Below, in pieces: positions 8,307 to 17,477 of a stretch of DNA of 64,000 nt. Source of the DNA: Planctomycetota bacterium (lineage in GTDB: Bacteria > Planctomycetota > UBA1135 > UBA2386). The notes beneath the pieces are model-generated. The model was given only the letters and a program-made list of their open reading frames with translations. It ran no database searches and was not told where the DNA came from. Where the stretch lies: contig OZ245006.1 of assembly GCA_965223545.1 (NCBI GenBank), positions 5,248,001 through 5,312,000 on the forward strand, read 5' to 3'. Position 1 is the stretch's first letter; each line of letters opens with the position of its first letter. The translations under genes were made by a program, and so were the position numbers.

Positions 8307-9605
8307 ATGCAAGTCCTCTCCACTCTCTCGCCGTTGCGCCACAAGAGCGCGCGTCCGTTCGTCGCCCGCATCCCGGGATCCAAGTCGTTCACCAACCGGG
8401 CGCTTCTGCTGGCCGCCTCGCGGGTCGGCGAGACCCGAGTCGTCGGCGGTCTGCACTGCGATGACACCGATCGGCTGAGCGAGGCGCTGGACTCCTTCGC
8501 CGGGCTCGAGGTCGCCAAAGTCGACGATGGGTTCTCGGTGCGTCGCGAGGCGGACCGAGTCGGAGCACCGGCGGAGCCGTGCTTCATGGGCGGGGCCGGC
8601 ACGCCGGCGCGGTTCATGCTGGGGTTTGCTGTCAGCGCCGAGGGCGAGACGGTGGTGACCGGTGTGCCGCGGCTGTGTGAGCGGCCGATGCAGGACATTC
8701 TCGACGCGCTGACCGGAATGGGAGTCGAGCACACGCCGCTCGGGGAGCCCGGACACTTGCCGACGCGGGTCCGCGGTGGGGTCGTGGGTGCGCGCGAGTG
8801 GACCATCGACGGTGGCATCTCGTCGCAGTTCACCAGCTCGCTCTGCCTGCTGGCCGCGCAGCAGCCGGACGGACCGGTGCGCATTCGCATCCGGGGCAAC
8901 CAGGTGTCGCAGCCTTACGTCGAGATGACGTTGGCGATGATGCGCGACTGCGGCATCCGCGCGCAGCGCGTCGAGCCCACCTTGATCGAGGTGCACCCGG
9001 GTCGTCCTACCGGCGACACGATTCCGGTGGAGTGCGACGCCAGTGGCATGTCCTACTACCTCGCGGCTGCGGCAGTGACCGGCACCACCGTCGAGATCCC
9101 CGGCATCGGCGAGGGCTCCGCGCAGGGAGATGTCGGGCTGGCGCGCGCCTTCGAGCGCATGGGGTGCACGGTGCAGATGAGCGGCGATCGCATCGTGATC
9201 ACCGGTGGGCCTTTGCGCGGCATCGACATCGACATGGAGGAGATGCCGGACGTGGTGCTGACCTTGGCGGCGGTGGCGGCCGTCGCGACCGGAAGCACGC
9301 GCATCACCAACATCGCCAACTTGCGGGTCAAGGAGTGCGATCGCATCAATGCCGCCGCGCGCGAGCTCGAGCGATTGGGGGTCGGGGTCGAGGAGGGCGA
9401 CGACTTCTTGGTCATCCACCCCGCGCCGCTGCGGCCTGCCCGGATCAACACTTATGACGACCACCGCGTGGCGATGGCGTTCTCGGTGCTCTCGCTGGTG
9501 TCTGCCGGGATCGAGATCGAGGACCCGGGGTGCGTGGCCAAGTCGTTCCCCGACTACTGGGCGGAGTTCGATCGCTTTACCCGGCATCACAACGAGGACC
9601 GCTGA
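8307..9605 (+). CDS. aroA: EPSP synthase family enolpyruvyl transferase (AroA or neofunctionalised paralogue)
   Basis: PGSKSFTNR, GTPARF, SSQF, PYVEMT, QGD, RVKECDRI, DDHRVAMAF, KSFPDYW. Confidence 0.9.
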   Translation: MQVLSTLSPLRHKSARPFVARIPGSKSFTNRALLLAASRVGETRVVGGLHCDDTDRLSEALDSFAGLEVAKVDDGFSVRREADRVGAPAEPCFMGGAGTPARFMLGFAVSAEGETVVTGVPRLCERPMQDILDALTGMGVEHTPLGEPGHLPTRVRGGVVGAREWTIDGGISSQFTSSLCLLAAQQPDGPVRIRIRGNQVSQPYVEMTLAMMRDCGIRAQRVEPTLIEVHPGRPTGDTIPVECDASGMSYYLAAAAVTGTTVEIPGIGEGSAQGDVGLARAFERMGCTVQMSGDRIVITGGPLRGIDIDMEEMPDVVLTLAAVAAVATGSTRITNIANLRVKECDRINAAARELERLGVGVEEGDDFLVIHPAPLRPARINTYDDHRVAMAFSVLSLVSAGIEIEDPGCVAKSFPDYWAEFDRFTRHHNEDR

Positions 9606-9614
9606 GGCAACGTG

Positions 9615-11087
9615 ATGATGCAGCACAAGGCCTGTCTGTTGGTGCTCGATGGCGCCGGCTACACCAGTGAGAGTGCTGGCAACGCGGTGCGTCCCGACAC
9701 TCTGCCGACGGTGTTCGCGGCGATGCGCGAGCATGGATTTGCCGTGCTCGAGGCCTCGGGAACCGCGGTGGGGCTCGAGGAAGGGCAGGTCGGCAACTCC
9801 GAGTCCGGCCACATGACCTTGGGTGCGGGGCGTGTCGTGCCCTGCATGACGCGGCGCATCGATGAAGCTTTTCGCGGCGGCACCTGGGCGGCGGATCCGG
9901 GATGGGCGCCTGCGGTCGAAGCCGGTGTGCTGCACGTCGTCGGTCTGTTGTCGGACGCGGGCGTGCACGGTCTGGTCCGGTCGATCGAGCAGGCGGTGCA
10001 TACCGCGGCGGCCGCGGGGGTGGCCGAGATCTTGGTGCATCCGATCCTGGACGGAGTCGACTCCGTGGCCGGCAGTGCGCCGGAGCTGTTGGCCGGGTTG
10101 CTGGATCGGCTTGCCGGGGTCGAACGCTGTCGGCCCGGAATCGTCATCGGTCGCAAGTGGTGCTGCGATCGCAGCGGTGACCTGAGCGTGACGCGGGTCG
10201 CGACCGCGGCGTTGGCGAGCTCTGCGGATCTGCCGATCGGCGATCTCGACACCGTCCGCGACCACGTCGCGCGCACCGGCGGAGAGGCCGACTTCCCGGC
10301 CCACGCATTCGCCGGCGGCCGCGGCATCGGTGCCGGTGAGCCGGTGCTGATCACCAGCCACCGCGCCGACCGCGCGCGGCAGCTGGCGGGTGTGCTCGCC
10401 GAGACCCAACCGCTGCTGATGCTGGTCGACCCCGGCGAGGGCGTCGATGTGCAGCACGTGTTCTTCCCCACGGAGACGGTTGGCGCGGGCGTGGCGAGCG
10501 TCCTGCAGGACGCTGGCGTGCGCTCGGTGCGGGTCGCGGAGAAGTGCAAGTTCCCGCACGTGACGTTCTTCTTCAACGGCTTCACCAAAGGCGGCGAAGG
10601 CGAGCGCGTCTGCGTGCCGACGATCGCCGAGGCCGAGATCCCGGGTCAGCCCGAGATGGGGGCCGCCGCGGTGACCGCGCAGGTCACCGCGGCGATGGCC
10701 GACCCGTCGCGCCAGGCGATCGTCGCCAACCTCGCCAACCTCGACCAGGTCGGGCACCTCGGCCGCATCGACCTGGCGGAACGCGCGGCGGCCGCGGTGG
10801 ACGCCGCGTTCGCCCAGATCGTGGCCAGCGCGCGCCAGCACGGCTGGACCGTGCTGGTCACCGCCGACCACGGCAACGCCGACTGCGTCGAAAAAGACGG
10901 CCGGCCCTTCGGCTCACACACGCACTGCCCGGTCCCGTTCTTCATCGTCCCGCCCACCAAGCACCGCGTCCTCTGGAACGAGCAGCGCGGATCCCTCGCC
11001 AACGTCGCCGCGTCCTTCCTCCAAGCCCTCGGCCTACGACCCACCCCCGCCATGCACCCCCCCCTGGCCGAAGTCCACGCCCACTGA
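9615..11087 (+). CDS. Cofactor-independent phosphoglycerate mutase (iPGM) homologue, divergent
   Basis: LVLDG, ASGTAVGL..GQVGNSE.GH (catalytic Ser), SDAGVH, RADRARQ, HVTFFFNG, DQVGH, TADHGNA, SHT; several substrate-site substitutions. Confidence 0.85.
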   Translation: MMQHKACLLVLDGAGYTSESAGNAVRPDTLPTVFAAMREHGFAVLEASGTAVGLEEGQVGNSESGHMTLGAGRVVPCMTRRIDEAFRGGTWAADPGWAPAVEAGVLHVVGLLSDAGVHGLVRSIEQAVHTAAAAGVAEILVHPILDGVDSVAGSAPELLAGLLDRLAGVERCRPGIVIGRKWCCDRSGDLSVTRVATAALASSADLPIGDLDTVRDHVARTGGEADFPAHAFAGGRGIGAGEPVLITSHRADRARQLAGVLAETQPLLMLVDPGEGVDVQHVFFPTETVGAGVASVLQDAGVRSVRVAEKCKFPHVTFFFNGFTKGGEGERVCVPTIAEAEIPGQPEMGAAAVTAQVTAAMADPSRQAIVANLANLDQVGHLGRIDLAERAAAAVDAAFAQIVASARQHGWTVLVTADHGNADCVEKDGRPFGSHTHCPVPFFIVPPTKHRVLWNEQRGSLANVAASFLQALGLRPTPAMHPPLAEVHAH

Positions 11088-11108
11088 ACGCATGGCATCG
11101 CGCGGGTG

Positions 11109-11127
11109 GTACGGAGTCAGGCTCGAT
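11109..11127 (+). repeat. REP-like element, degenerate copy between convergent genes
   Basis: gtacggagtcaggctcgat, similar to core gtacggagccaggctccg. Confidence 0.55.
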
Positions 11128-11129
11128 CT

Positions 11130-12401
11130 TCACGGCACGGGCTGGCGGGGTGCGTCGTGGCGCCGGAGGGCGGCGCGGGCTGGTTTGAGACCGCCGGTGT
11201 CCGGCAGATGCCAGAAGGCGACCGGGACTTTGAAGCGGGCGAGGCGCCGCTGGAGTCGCCGGCGCAGATCGGCGGCGGTTGGCGGCGCGTCGGGGCGCAG
11301 CGCGAGGTAGGCGGCGGGGCGGTGGCCGAACTCGGCGTCTTCGACCGGGACGACGACGGCGTCGACGACGGCGTCGAGCTCGAGGAGCGCGGCCTCGATC
11401 TCGGCGGGGTGGACGTTCTCGCCGCCGGAGATGAAGACCTCGTCCATGCGGCCGTCGACGTAGAGGCGCCCGTCGGCATCCAGCCGGCCGACATCGCCGG
11501 TGGAGTAGCTGCCGTCGTCGTTCACGCCGCGCTGCAGTCGGTCGCCTTCGAGATAGCCGGCGAACAGCGCGTCGCCGCTCGCGATGATCTGGCCCCGGCC
11601 GTCGAGCGCGACGCGCCAGCCCGGAATCGGTCGGCCCGCGCATCCGGCGCGCAGCAGGTGCTCCGGCTCGCGTTCGGCGGCGAGCATGCCGCAGGTCTCG
11701 GTGGCGCCGTAGCTGACGATCGGGGCGAGTTCCGCTTCGATCGCCCGGCGCCGGAGTGCGGGCGGCACCGGCCCGCCGCCCAGCAGGATCGTGCGCACCG
11801 GCCGCAACGCGTCGACCGCGTCCTCGTCGAGCAGCCGCTGCAGTTGGGTGGCGACCAGTGAGACGTGGGTCGGCCGCGCGCGGCGCAGCGCTGCGGCAAG
11901 CCCTTCGCGATCTCGCATGAGTGCGCACTGCGCGCCGCGCACCAGCGTGCGGAACAGCACCGCCAACCCACTCACGTGGTGCAGTGGAAGGGTCAGCAGC
12001 CAGCGGTCTCCCGTTTCCAAGCCGAGCCAAGTGCCGGATCGATCGGCCGCGCGGAAGTGTTGCGCCAGCGAGTGCGCCGCGAGCCGCGGAGTGCCGCTGC
12101 TCCCCGACGTGGCGATCACCGTCGCGATCCCCGGCGGTGCCACACACTTTGTCAACCGGCGCGCGATCGCCCCTTCCCGTGGCTCGCTGGGGGGGACCAG
12201 CGCGGTGGTGCCGCCGCCGTCCCAGGTGGACAACAGGTCCGCGATCCCGCGCGCATCGGCGCGCGCTCGCAGCACCGCGGTCGAAGGCCGCCGCTGCGTC
12301 AAGAGATCGCGGACCGCGTAGCACCGCTCGCCGTCGTCCAGCCAGGTCGCGTCCGTCCGGCCGGCGAGCGCCTCGGCCAAGTGGGACCGCGGAGCGCTCA
12401 A
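11130..12401 (-). CDS. menE: o-succinylbenzoate-CoA ligase
   Basis: AMP-binding TSGSSGTP, LPLHHVSG, SYGATET, TGDVG, SGGENVHP; TTGA overlap with menC. Confidence 0.85.
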   Translation of the reverse strand: MSAPRSHLAEALAGRTDATWLDDGERCYAVRDLLTQRRPSTAVLRARADARGIADLLSTWDGGGTTALVPPSEPREGAIARRLTKCVAPPGIATVIATSGSSGTPRLAAHSLAQHFRAADRSGTWLGLETGDRWLLTLPLHHVSGLAVLFRTLVRGAQCALMRDREGLAAALRRARPTHVSLVATQLQRLLDEDAVDALRPVRTILLGGGPVPPALRRRAIEAELAPIVSYGATETCGMLAAEREPEHLLRAGCAGRPIPGWRVALDGRGQIIASGDALFAGYLEGDRLQRGVNDDGSYSTGDVGRLDADGRLYVDGRMDEVFISGGENVHPAEIEAALLELDAVVDAVVVPVEDAEFGHRPAAYLALRPDAPPTAADLRRRLQRRLARFKVPVAFWHLPDTGGLKPARAALRRHDAPRQPVP

Positions 12402-13477
12402 CGCTGCAGGCCGTTGGCGTCGGCCGGAGCCATGACCGCATCGGACAGCCGCAGCGTTCCCCCGGCCGAGGAGAAGCGCGGCGCGATCACATCGGCTGCC
12501 AGCCATCGGTCGGTCGCCAGGCCGGCGGCGCGCTGCTCGACCATCGACGCGGCGAGGTGGGTCAGGGTCCACAGGCCGAGGCCGCTCTCGAAACACGAGG
12601 ACACCACGCAACCGATGCCGCGCTCCACGGCGCGCGCGCCGATCTTCATCGACTCGAGCAGCGCGCCGTGGCGGGACGGTTTGAGCACCCAAGTCGTGAT
12701 TCCCGGGCCGTGCCGCCAGTCCTCTTCGCCCTCTGCCAGCGGAATGTCCAGACTCTCGTCCAGCGCGATGCGCACGCCGGCGCGGCGGTGGAGGGTGCGC
12801 AGCTCGGCGGGGTCGCGCAGCGGCTCTTCGAAGTACTCGATCCGATCGACATCGATGCCGTCGACCAACGCGCACGCATCACCGAGCTGCATGGCGCGGT
12901 TGGCGTCGAGTCGCAGCAGCACTCCCTCGGGCAGCTCGGTCAGCAGCAGCGACAGCAGCAGGCGCTCTTCGTCCGGCGGCCGCCGGCCGACCTTGACCTT
13001 GACCGCCGCGTAGCCGCGCAGCTCACCGGCGTCGAGAGCGCCGCGCGCCGCCGCCAAGTCGCCGTCGAGCAGCGCGTTGACCGGCACTTCGGCGGCGGGC
13101 GCCGGGCTCAACTGGTGCGCCAGATCCGTGCCGCGCTGCGCCGCCCGCAGGTTCAGCCAGGCCGATTCCAAGCCGAAGCGCACCGATGGCATGAGACCGG
13201 GGGTACCCGTCATCTTGTCCAGCGCGCTGGAGTCCGCGCTGTCGGTCCCCGGCAAGCCACGGCTCAGCGCGTCCGCCGCCGCCCGTGCCTCGGCGAAGGT
13301 CTCGCCGTGGATCCCCGGCAAGGGAGCGATGTCGCCGTGGCCTCGGGTTCCGTCGCTGTCGGTCAGCGTCAGCACGACGCCAGCGCGCTCGCGCAGCTCG
13401 TGGTCGCCGATGCTCAGACGGCGGCGCAGGGGCAAGGTGTAGTCCGACAACGAGACCGCGGCGATGTCCGTACTCAT
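12398..13477 (-). CDS. menC: o-succinylbenzoate synthase
   Basis: Enolase superfamily: APLPG, KVKVG, RLDAN, EYFEEP, ALDES, VLKP. Confidence 0.88.
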   Translation of the reverse strand: MSTDIAAVSLSDYTLPLRRRLSIGDHELRERAGVVLTLTDSDGTRGHGDIAPLPGIHGETFAEARAAADALSRGLPGTDSADSSALDKMTGTPGLMPSVRFGLESAWLNLRAAQRGTDLAHQLSPAPAAEVPVNALLDGDLAAARGALDAGELRGYAAVKVKVGRRPPDEERLLLSLLLTELPEGVLLRLDANRAMQLGDACALVDGIDVDRIEYFEEPLRDPAELRTLHRRAGVRIALDESLDIPLAEGEEDWRHGPGITTWVLKPSRHGALLESMKIGARAVERGIGCVVSSCFESGLGLWTLTHLAASMVEQRAAGLATDRWLAADVIAPRFSSAGGTLRLSDAVMAPADANGLQR

Positions 13478-14247
13478 GCAGGCGGGGCGAGATGCAGGCT
13501 GAGGAACTCGTCTACCATAGCGGCCAGTGGTCCGGGTGCCTCGGCTGGCACAGCGTGTCCCGCATCGCCAATCGCGGCGAACCGCGCCGAGGGCAGCTCG
13601 CTGGCGAGCGCGCGGCCGATCGCCGAAAACTTGTCATCCAGCGCACCGGCGATCAGCAGCAGAGGGCGTCGGGCGGCGTGCAGCCCGGGGCGCAGATCGG
13701 GCTGCATGCCCGTGCCGAACACCTCGAGGGCGCGCGCCAGCTGCTCGCCGTCGCCGCCGCGCCGCCGGGCCCGCACCGCGTCGAAGCCGGCCGCGTTCGC
13801 CAGCGATGTGAACAGCGGCTGCGCGTACCATTGATCGAGGAACGCGTCGAGGCCGCCGCGCAGCGCGGCGGCGTGCCGGGCATCGGCCCGGCGGCGGGCA
13901 TCGCGCGCGGCCGGCGAGCGCAGGCCCGGGTGTGCGCCGATGGCGACCACGGCGCGGACCAGGTCGGGATCGGCGGCCGCCAGTGCCAGCGCGAGACGGC
14001 CGCCCATCGAGTAGCCCACCAGCGCGCATCGATCGATCGCGCGATCGCGCAGCATGCGGCGGACCTGCTCCACGCCGCCGGCGAAGTCGGTGTCGAGCAC
14101 CGGATCGGGCGAACGACCGTGGCCGGGGAGGTCGATGGCGATGCCGGCCAGTCGGGGGCGCAGAGCACGGCGGACCTCGGCGAAGTCCTCGGCACAGCCG
14201 AGAAAGCCGTGCAACCAGACCACCTGCACGCCGGCAGGCTGCGTCAT
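13474..14247 (-). CDS. menH: SHCHC synthase (alpha/beta hydrolase)
   Basis: LHGFLG, DLPGHG, GYSMGGR, WYAQPLF, D.KF, AGH. Confidence 0.9.
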   Translation of the reverse strand: MTQPAGVQVVWLHGFLGCAEDFAEVRRALRPRLAGIAIDLPGHGRSPDPVLDTDFAGGVEQVRRMLRDRAIDRCALVGYSMGGRLALALAAADPDLVRAVVAIGAHPGLRSPAARDARRRADARHAAALRGGLDAFLDQWYAQPLFTSLANAAGFDAVRARRRGGDGEQLARALEVFGTGMQPDLRPGLHAARRPLLLIAGALDDKFSAIGRALASELPSARFAAIGDAGHAVPAEAPGPLAAMVDEFLSLHLAPPA

Positions 14248-16007
14248 CGCCGCGCGCCGGTGGCCGCGTCGGCCGCCAGCCGCTGGAGGGACTGCTGCAA
14301 TGCAGCGCTGCTGCCTGCGTCGATCCGCGCTTCGATCACTGCGGGCGAGTCGGATTTCAGGGCGGCCCGGACCGCCTCCCCGAACGCGGCGCGATCGTCG
14401 ACCGCTCGGTAGGCCAGATCGAAGTCCGCGCAGACCCCACCGAAGCCGAAGCCGTGACCGCCGTCGAAGTACGGCGTCAACACCCCGTCGCAGGCGGCGA
14501 TCGGCAGCTGGTGGAAGATGCCGCCGCCGAAGTTGTTGAGCAGGACGACGAGCATCTTTGGGGCGAGCTCGCGCAGCAGAACGAGGCTGTTGAGGTCGTG
14601 GATCAACGCCTGGTCGCCGATCAGCAGCGTGGTGCGCTCGCCGGTGGCGTGGGCGAAGCCGACCGCGGTCGCCAGCAATCCGTCGATGCCGCTGACGCCG
14701 CGATTGCTGGCAATGCGCAGCTCCGGGCCGCCGCGGACGCCGTACTGATCGAGGACGCGGATCGCCAAGCTGTTGGCGGCGAACAGGCACGACCGCGGCG
14801 GGAGGTGCGCGCTGAGCCAGCGCGCGATCCACGGTTCTGCCAGCGGCGAGCGCTCCAGAGTGTCATCGAGCGCCGCGCCGACCGCCGCGTCGGCCTGGCG
14901 CCACGTCGCGGGCACGTGGTCCGCACGCGGCGCGCCGCCGCCCAGCAGTGCCGCGGCGGTCGCCTCGGCCCAAGGCCCCGGTTCGGCGCGCACCCACGCC
15001 CGCGCCCGATGGCCCGGATCGACCCTCACGGGTTGCTCGCCGACGACGACCAGCGCCGCGCCGGAGGACTCGAGCAGGCGGCCGAGTGCGGTCGCGGTCG
15101 GTCGATCGCCGAGCAGCAGGACGATCTCCGGCGGCTGCGCGCAGTCCGCGCCGAAGCAGAGTTCGGCGTGCGGCAGCAGAAGGGGGTCGCTGGGGCCCAG
15201 TCGCAGCCCACTGCGAATGTCGGCGCGGACCGGCCAGCCGAGCGCGCGGGCGAGGTCGAGCACCGCGTCCCGCGGCCCGGCGCCGCCGCCGGCGACCACG
15301 AGTCCGCGGCGACGCGGGTTCAACAGGTCGGCGAGCGTGTCGTCGATCGGCAGGGCCGCCGGGCGGTCGGTGGGGTAGCACGCCGTCAGCGGTTGTCGGT
15401 CGGTCAGCCAATCCTCGAGGCCGGCCAGGCAGTCCTGGTTCCAGGCCTCTTGCACCGGCGCCAGCGGCTCGCGCAGTCGGCAGTTGAGCTGCACGGGTCC
15501 GCGCTGCTCGCGTGCCCGGCCGAGCGCCGTGGCGGCGGCGCTGACCACGTAGCGCGCGGCGACGGTGTCGCTCGGCGCCGGCAGGTCGAGCGACCAGCGC
15601 AGGTGGTCGCCGAACAAGCCGGTCTGGCGGGTGGTCTGGTTGGCGCCGCAATCGTGCAGCTCGGGCGGCCGGTCTGCAGTCAGCAGCAGCAGGGGGGTCG
15701 GGTCGGCGGCGGCTTCCACCACCGCGGGCGCCAGATTGGCGACCGCCGTCCCCGACGTCGTGATCACGGCCGCCGGGACGCCGGTCGCACGCGCCACTCC
15801 GAGCGCCGCGAATGCCGCACCGCGTTCGTCACGGCAAACGAACACGCGCGCCTCGGGATTGCGGACCGCCGCGATCACCAGTGGAGTCGAGCGCGAGCCA
15901 GGCGCCACCACGAAATGACGCACGCCGCCGCGCACGAGCTCGTCGACCAACAGCCAGCACCACAGTGCGTTGATGTTGGGCAGTGCGCGCGGATCGACGG
16001 TGGTCAT
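14244..16007 (-). CDS. menD: SEPHCHC synthase
   Basis: PGSRSTPL, DERGAAF.ALG, TTSGTAVAN, TADRPPEL..GANQ, SNRGVSGIDG, NNFGGGIF. Confidence 0.93.
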   Translation of the reverse strand: MTTVDPRALPNINALWCWLLVDELVRGGVRHFVVAPGSRSTPLVIAAVRNPEARVFVCRDERGAAFAALGVARATGVPAAVITTSGTAVANLAPAVVEAAADPTPLLLLTADRPPELHDCGANQTTRQTGLFGDHLRWSLDLPAPSDTVAARYVVSAAATALGRAREQRGPVQLNCRLREPLAPVQEAWNQDCLAGLEDWLTDRQPLTACYPTDRPAALPIDDTLADLLNPRRRGLVVAGGGAGPRDAVLDLARALGWPVRADIRSGLRLGPSDPLLLPHAELCFGADCAQPPEIVLLLGDRPTATALGRLLESSGAALVVVGEQPVRVDPGHRARAWVRAEPGPWAEATAAALLGGGAPRADHVPATWRQADAAVGAALDDTLERSPLAEPWIARWLSAHLPPRSCLFAANSLAIRVLDQYGVRGGPELRIASNRGVSGIDGLLATAVGFAHATGERTTLLIGDQALIHDLNSLVLLRELAPKMLVVLLNNFGGGIFHQLPIAACDGVLTPYFDGGHGFGFGGVCADFDLAYRAVDDRAAFGEAVRAALKSDSPAVIEARIDAGSSAALQQSLQRLAADAATGARR

Positions 16008-17401
16008 GGTGCCCGGTGCAGCAGCGGGGCAAAAGCACGCAGCTTGCTCTCGGTCTCGCGCCATTCGCTGGCGGCGCGCGAGCCGGCGACGATGCCCGCG
16101 CCCGCGTACAAGCGCACATCGCGATCTCGCAACAAGGCGCTGCGGATGGCGACCGCCCACTCGGCGCCAGTCGGACCGAGGCAGCCGATCGGGCCACAGT
16201 ACAGGCCGCGGTCGAACCGCTCGCGGCGCTCGATCTGCTCGAAGGCGGCGCCGGTGGGGAGGCCGCACACCGCCGGAGTCGGATGCAACGCGCCGATCAA
16301 GGTCGCGTCTTCCACCGGGCCGGACAGGCGCGCGCGGAACTCGGTGCGCAGGTGTTGCACGTTGGTCAGCGGTACGACGTCGGCGCCCAACCGCTGCACG
16401 CGCTCGGCCCAGTGCTCCAGGACCGAACAGACGTGCTCGCCGACCAGCGCGTGCTCGAGGCCGTCCTTCGTGCTGTTGCGCAGTTGGTCGGCCAGCTCGC
16501 GGTCGGCCTCGGGTGATGCGCCGCGCGGCCGGGTCCCGGCCATCGCCTCGCTCCAGACGTCACGATCGACGCGCAGATACAGGCGCTCGGGCGACGCGCC
16601 GAAGAACGCGTGCGACCCGTCGACCTGCACACAGAACCGGTAGGTCGCCGGGTGCTCCGCCGCCAGCGCGCGCAGCAGGTCGACGGCGCACGGCGCGGCG
16701 TCGGCGCGCAGGCGCCGGGTGCGCGCCAGGACGACCTTGGCCACGCGAGCCCGGTCGATCTCGGCGAGGGTCGCGTCGACCGCTGGGGACCACCACGATT
16801 CGGGTTCCTCTTGCTCCACCCAGATCGGGTGGGGCGTCGGCGCGGTGATCGGCAGCCGGAGCCGCTCGATCGCCCGCAGGGCGGAGTCGATCTCGCTGTG
16901 CCAAGAACGCGCGCCGACCCGGAGGTGCACGGCGAGATGGCAGGCGTGTTTGGCGCGGCGCATCTCGATGCGCGGCAAGTACGCGCGGACCACTCCGAAC
17001 GGCCGCCACTCGTCGCTGGCTTCGCGATCGGTGCGGAACCGGGCGGTGGCCAGGTAGCGCAGATCGGCGTGGCTACCGGCGGTGCCGCCGCGTGGCAGCC
17101 GCCGCAGGCAGTCGAAATCCGCGCCTTCCACCGTCAACGCCGTGCCGCAGCCGGCCAGCTGCAGCTCACCGCTGCGGTTGCACCACGCCAGCCGCACGGG
17201 CTCCGGCTGCGCGGCGAGCCAAGCCAGGGGGTCGGTTGCGCTCAGCGCCCGCTCGACCCGGAGAATCGACGTGCTGGTCGCCGGTGGCGCATCGCGCTGC
17301 GCGGCGACGGCGGCGTGCAACGCGGCCGCGGCGTGTCGCAGAGGCAGCCGCGCGCGGCCCTCGATCGTACTGGTCTTGCTGGCTGCGGCGCTGTCGAACA
17401 C
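16004..17401 (-). CDS. menF: Isochorismate synthase
   Basis: KVVLAR, GASPERL, AMAGT.PRG, EHALV, LHPTPAVCG, VAIRSAL, YAGAGIVAGS. Confidence 0.9.
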   Translation of the reverse strand: MFDSAAASKTSTIEGRARLPLRHAAAALHAAVAAQRDAPPATSTSILRVERALSATDPLAWLAAQPEPVRLAWCNRSGELQLAGCGTALTVEGADFDCLRRLPRGGTAGSHADLRYLATARFRTDREASDEWRPFGVVRAYLPRIEMRRAKHACHLAVHLRVGARSWHSEIDSALRAIERLRLPITAPTPHPIWVEQEEPESWWSPAVDATLAEIDRARVAKVVLARTRRLRADAAPCAVDLLRALAAEHPATYRFCVQVDGSHAFFGASPERLYLRVDRDVWSEAMAGTRPRGASPEADRELADQLRNSTKDGLEHALVGEHVCSVLEHWAERVQRLGADVVPLTNVQHLRTEFRARLSGPVEDATLIGALHPTPAVCGLPTGAAFEQIERRERFDRGLYCGPIGCLGPTGAEWAVAIRSALLRDRDVRLYAGAGIVAGSRAASEWRETESKLRAFAPLLHRAP

Positions 17402-17477
17402 CGCGCTAGAGCATAGCCCGTCGGCACCGACTACCGGGGGCCGGTTTCCGTTGCTCTGCCGCGGTACGCGCGGCTGG

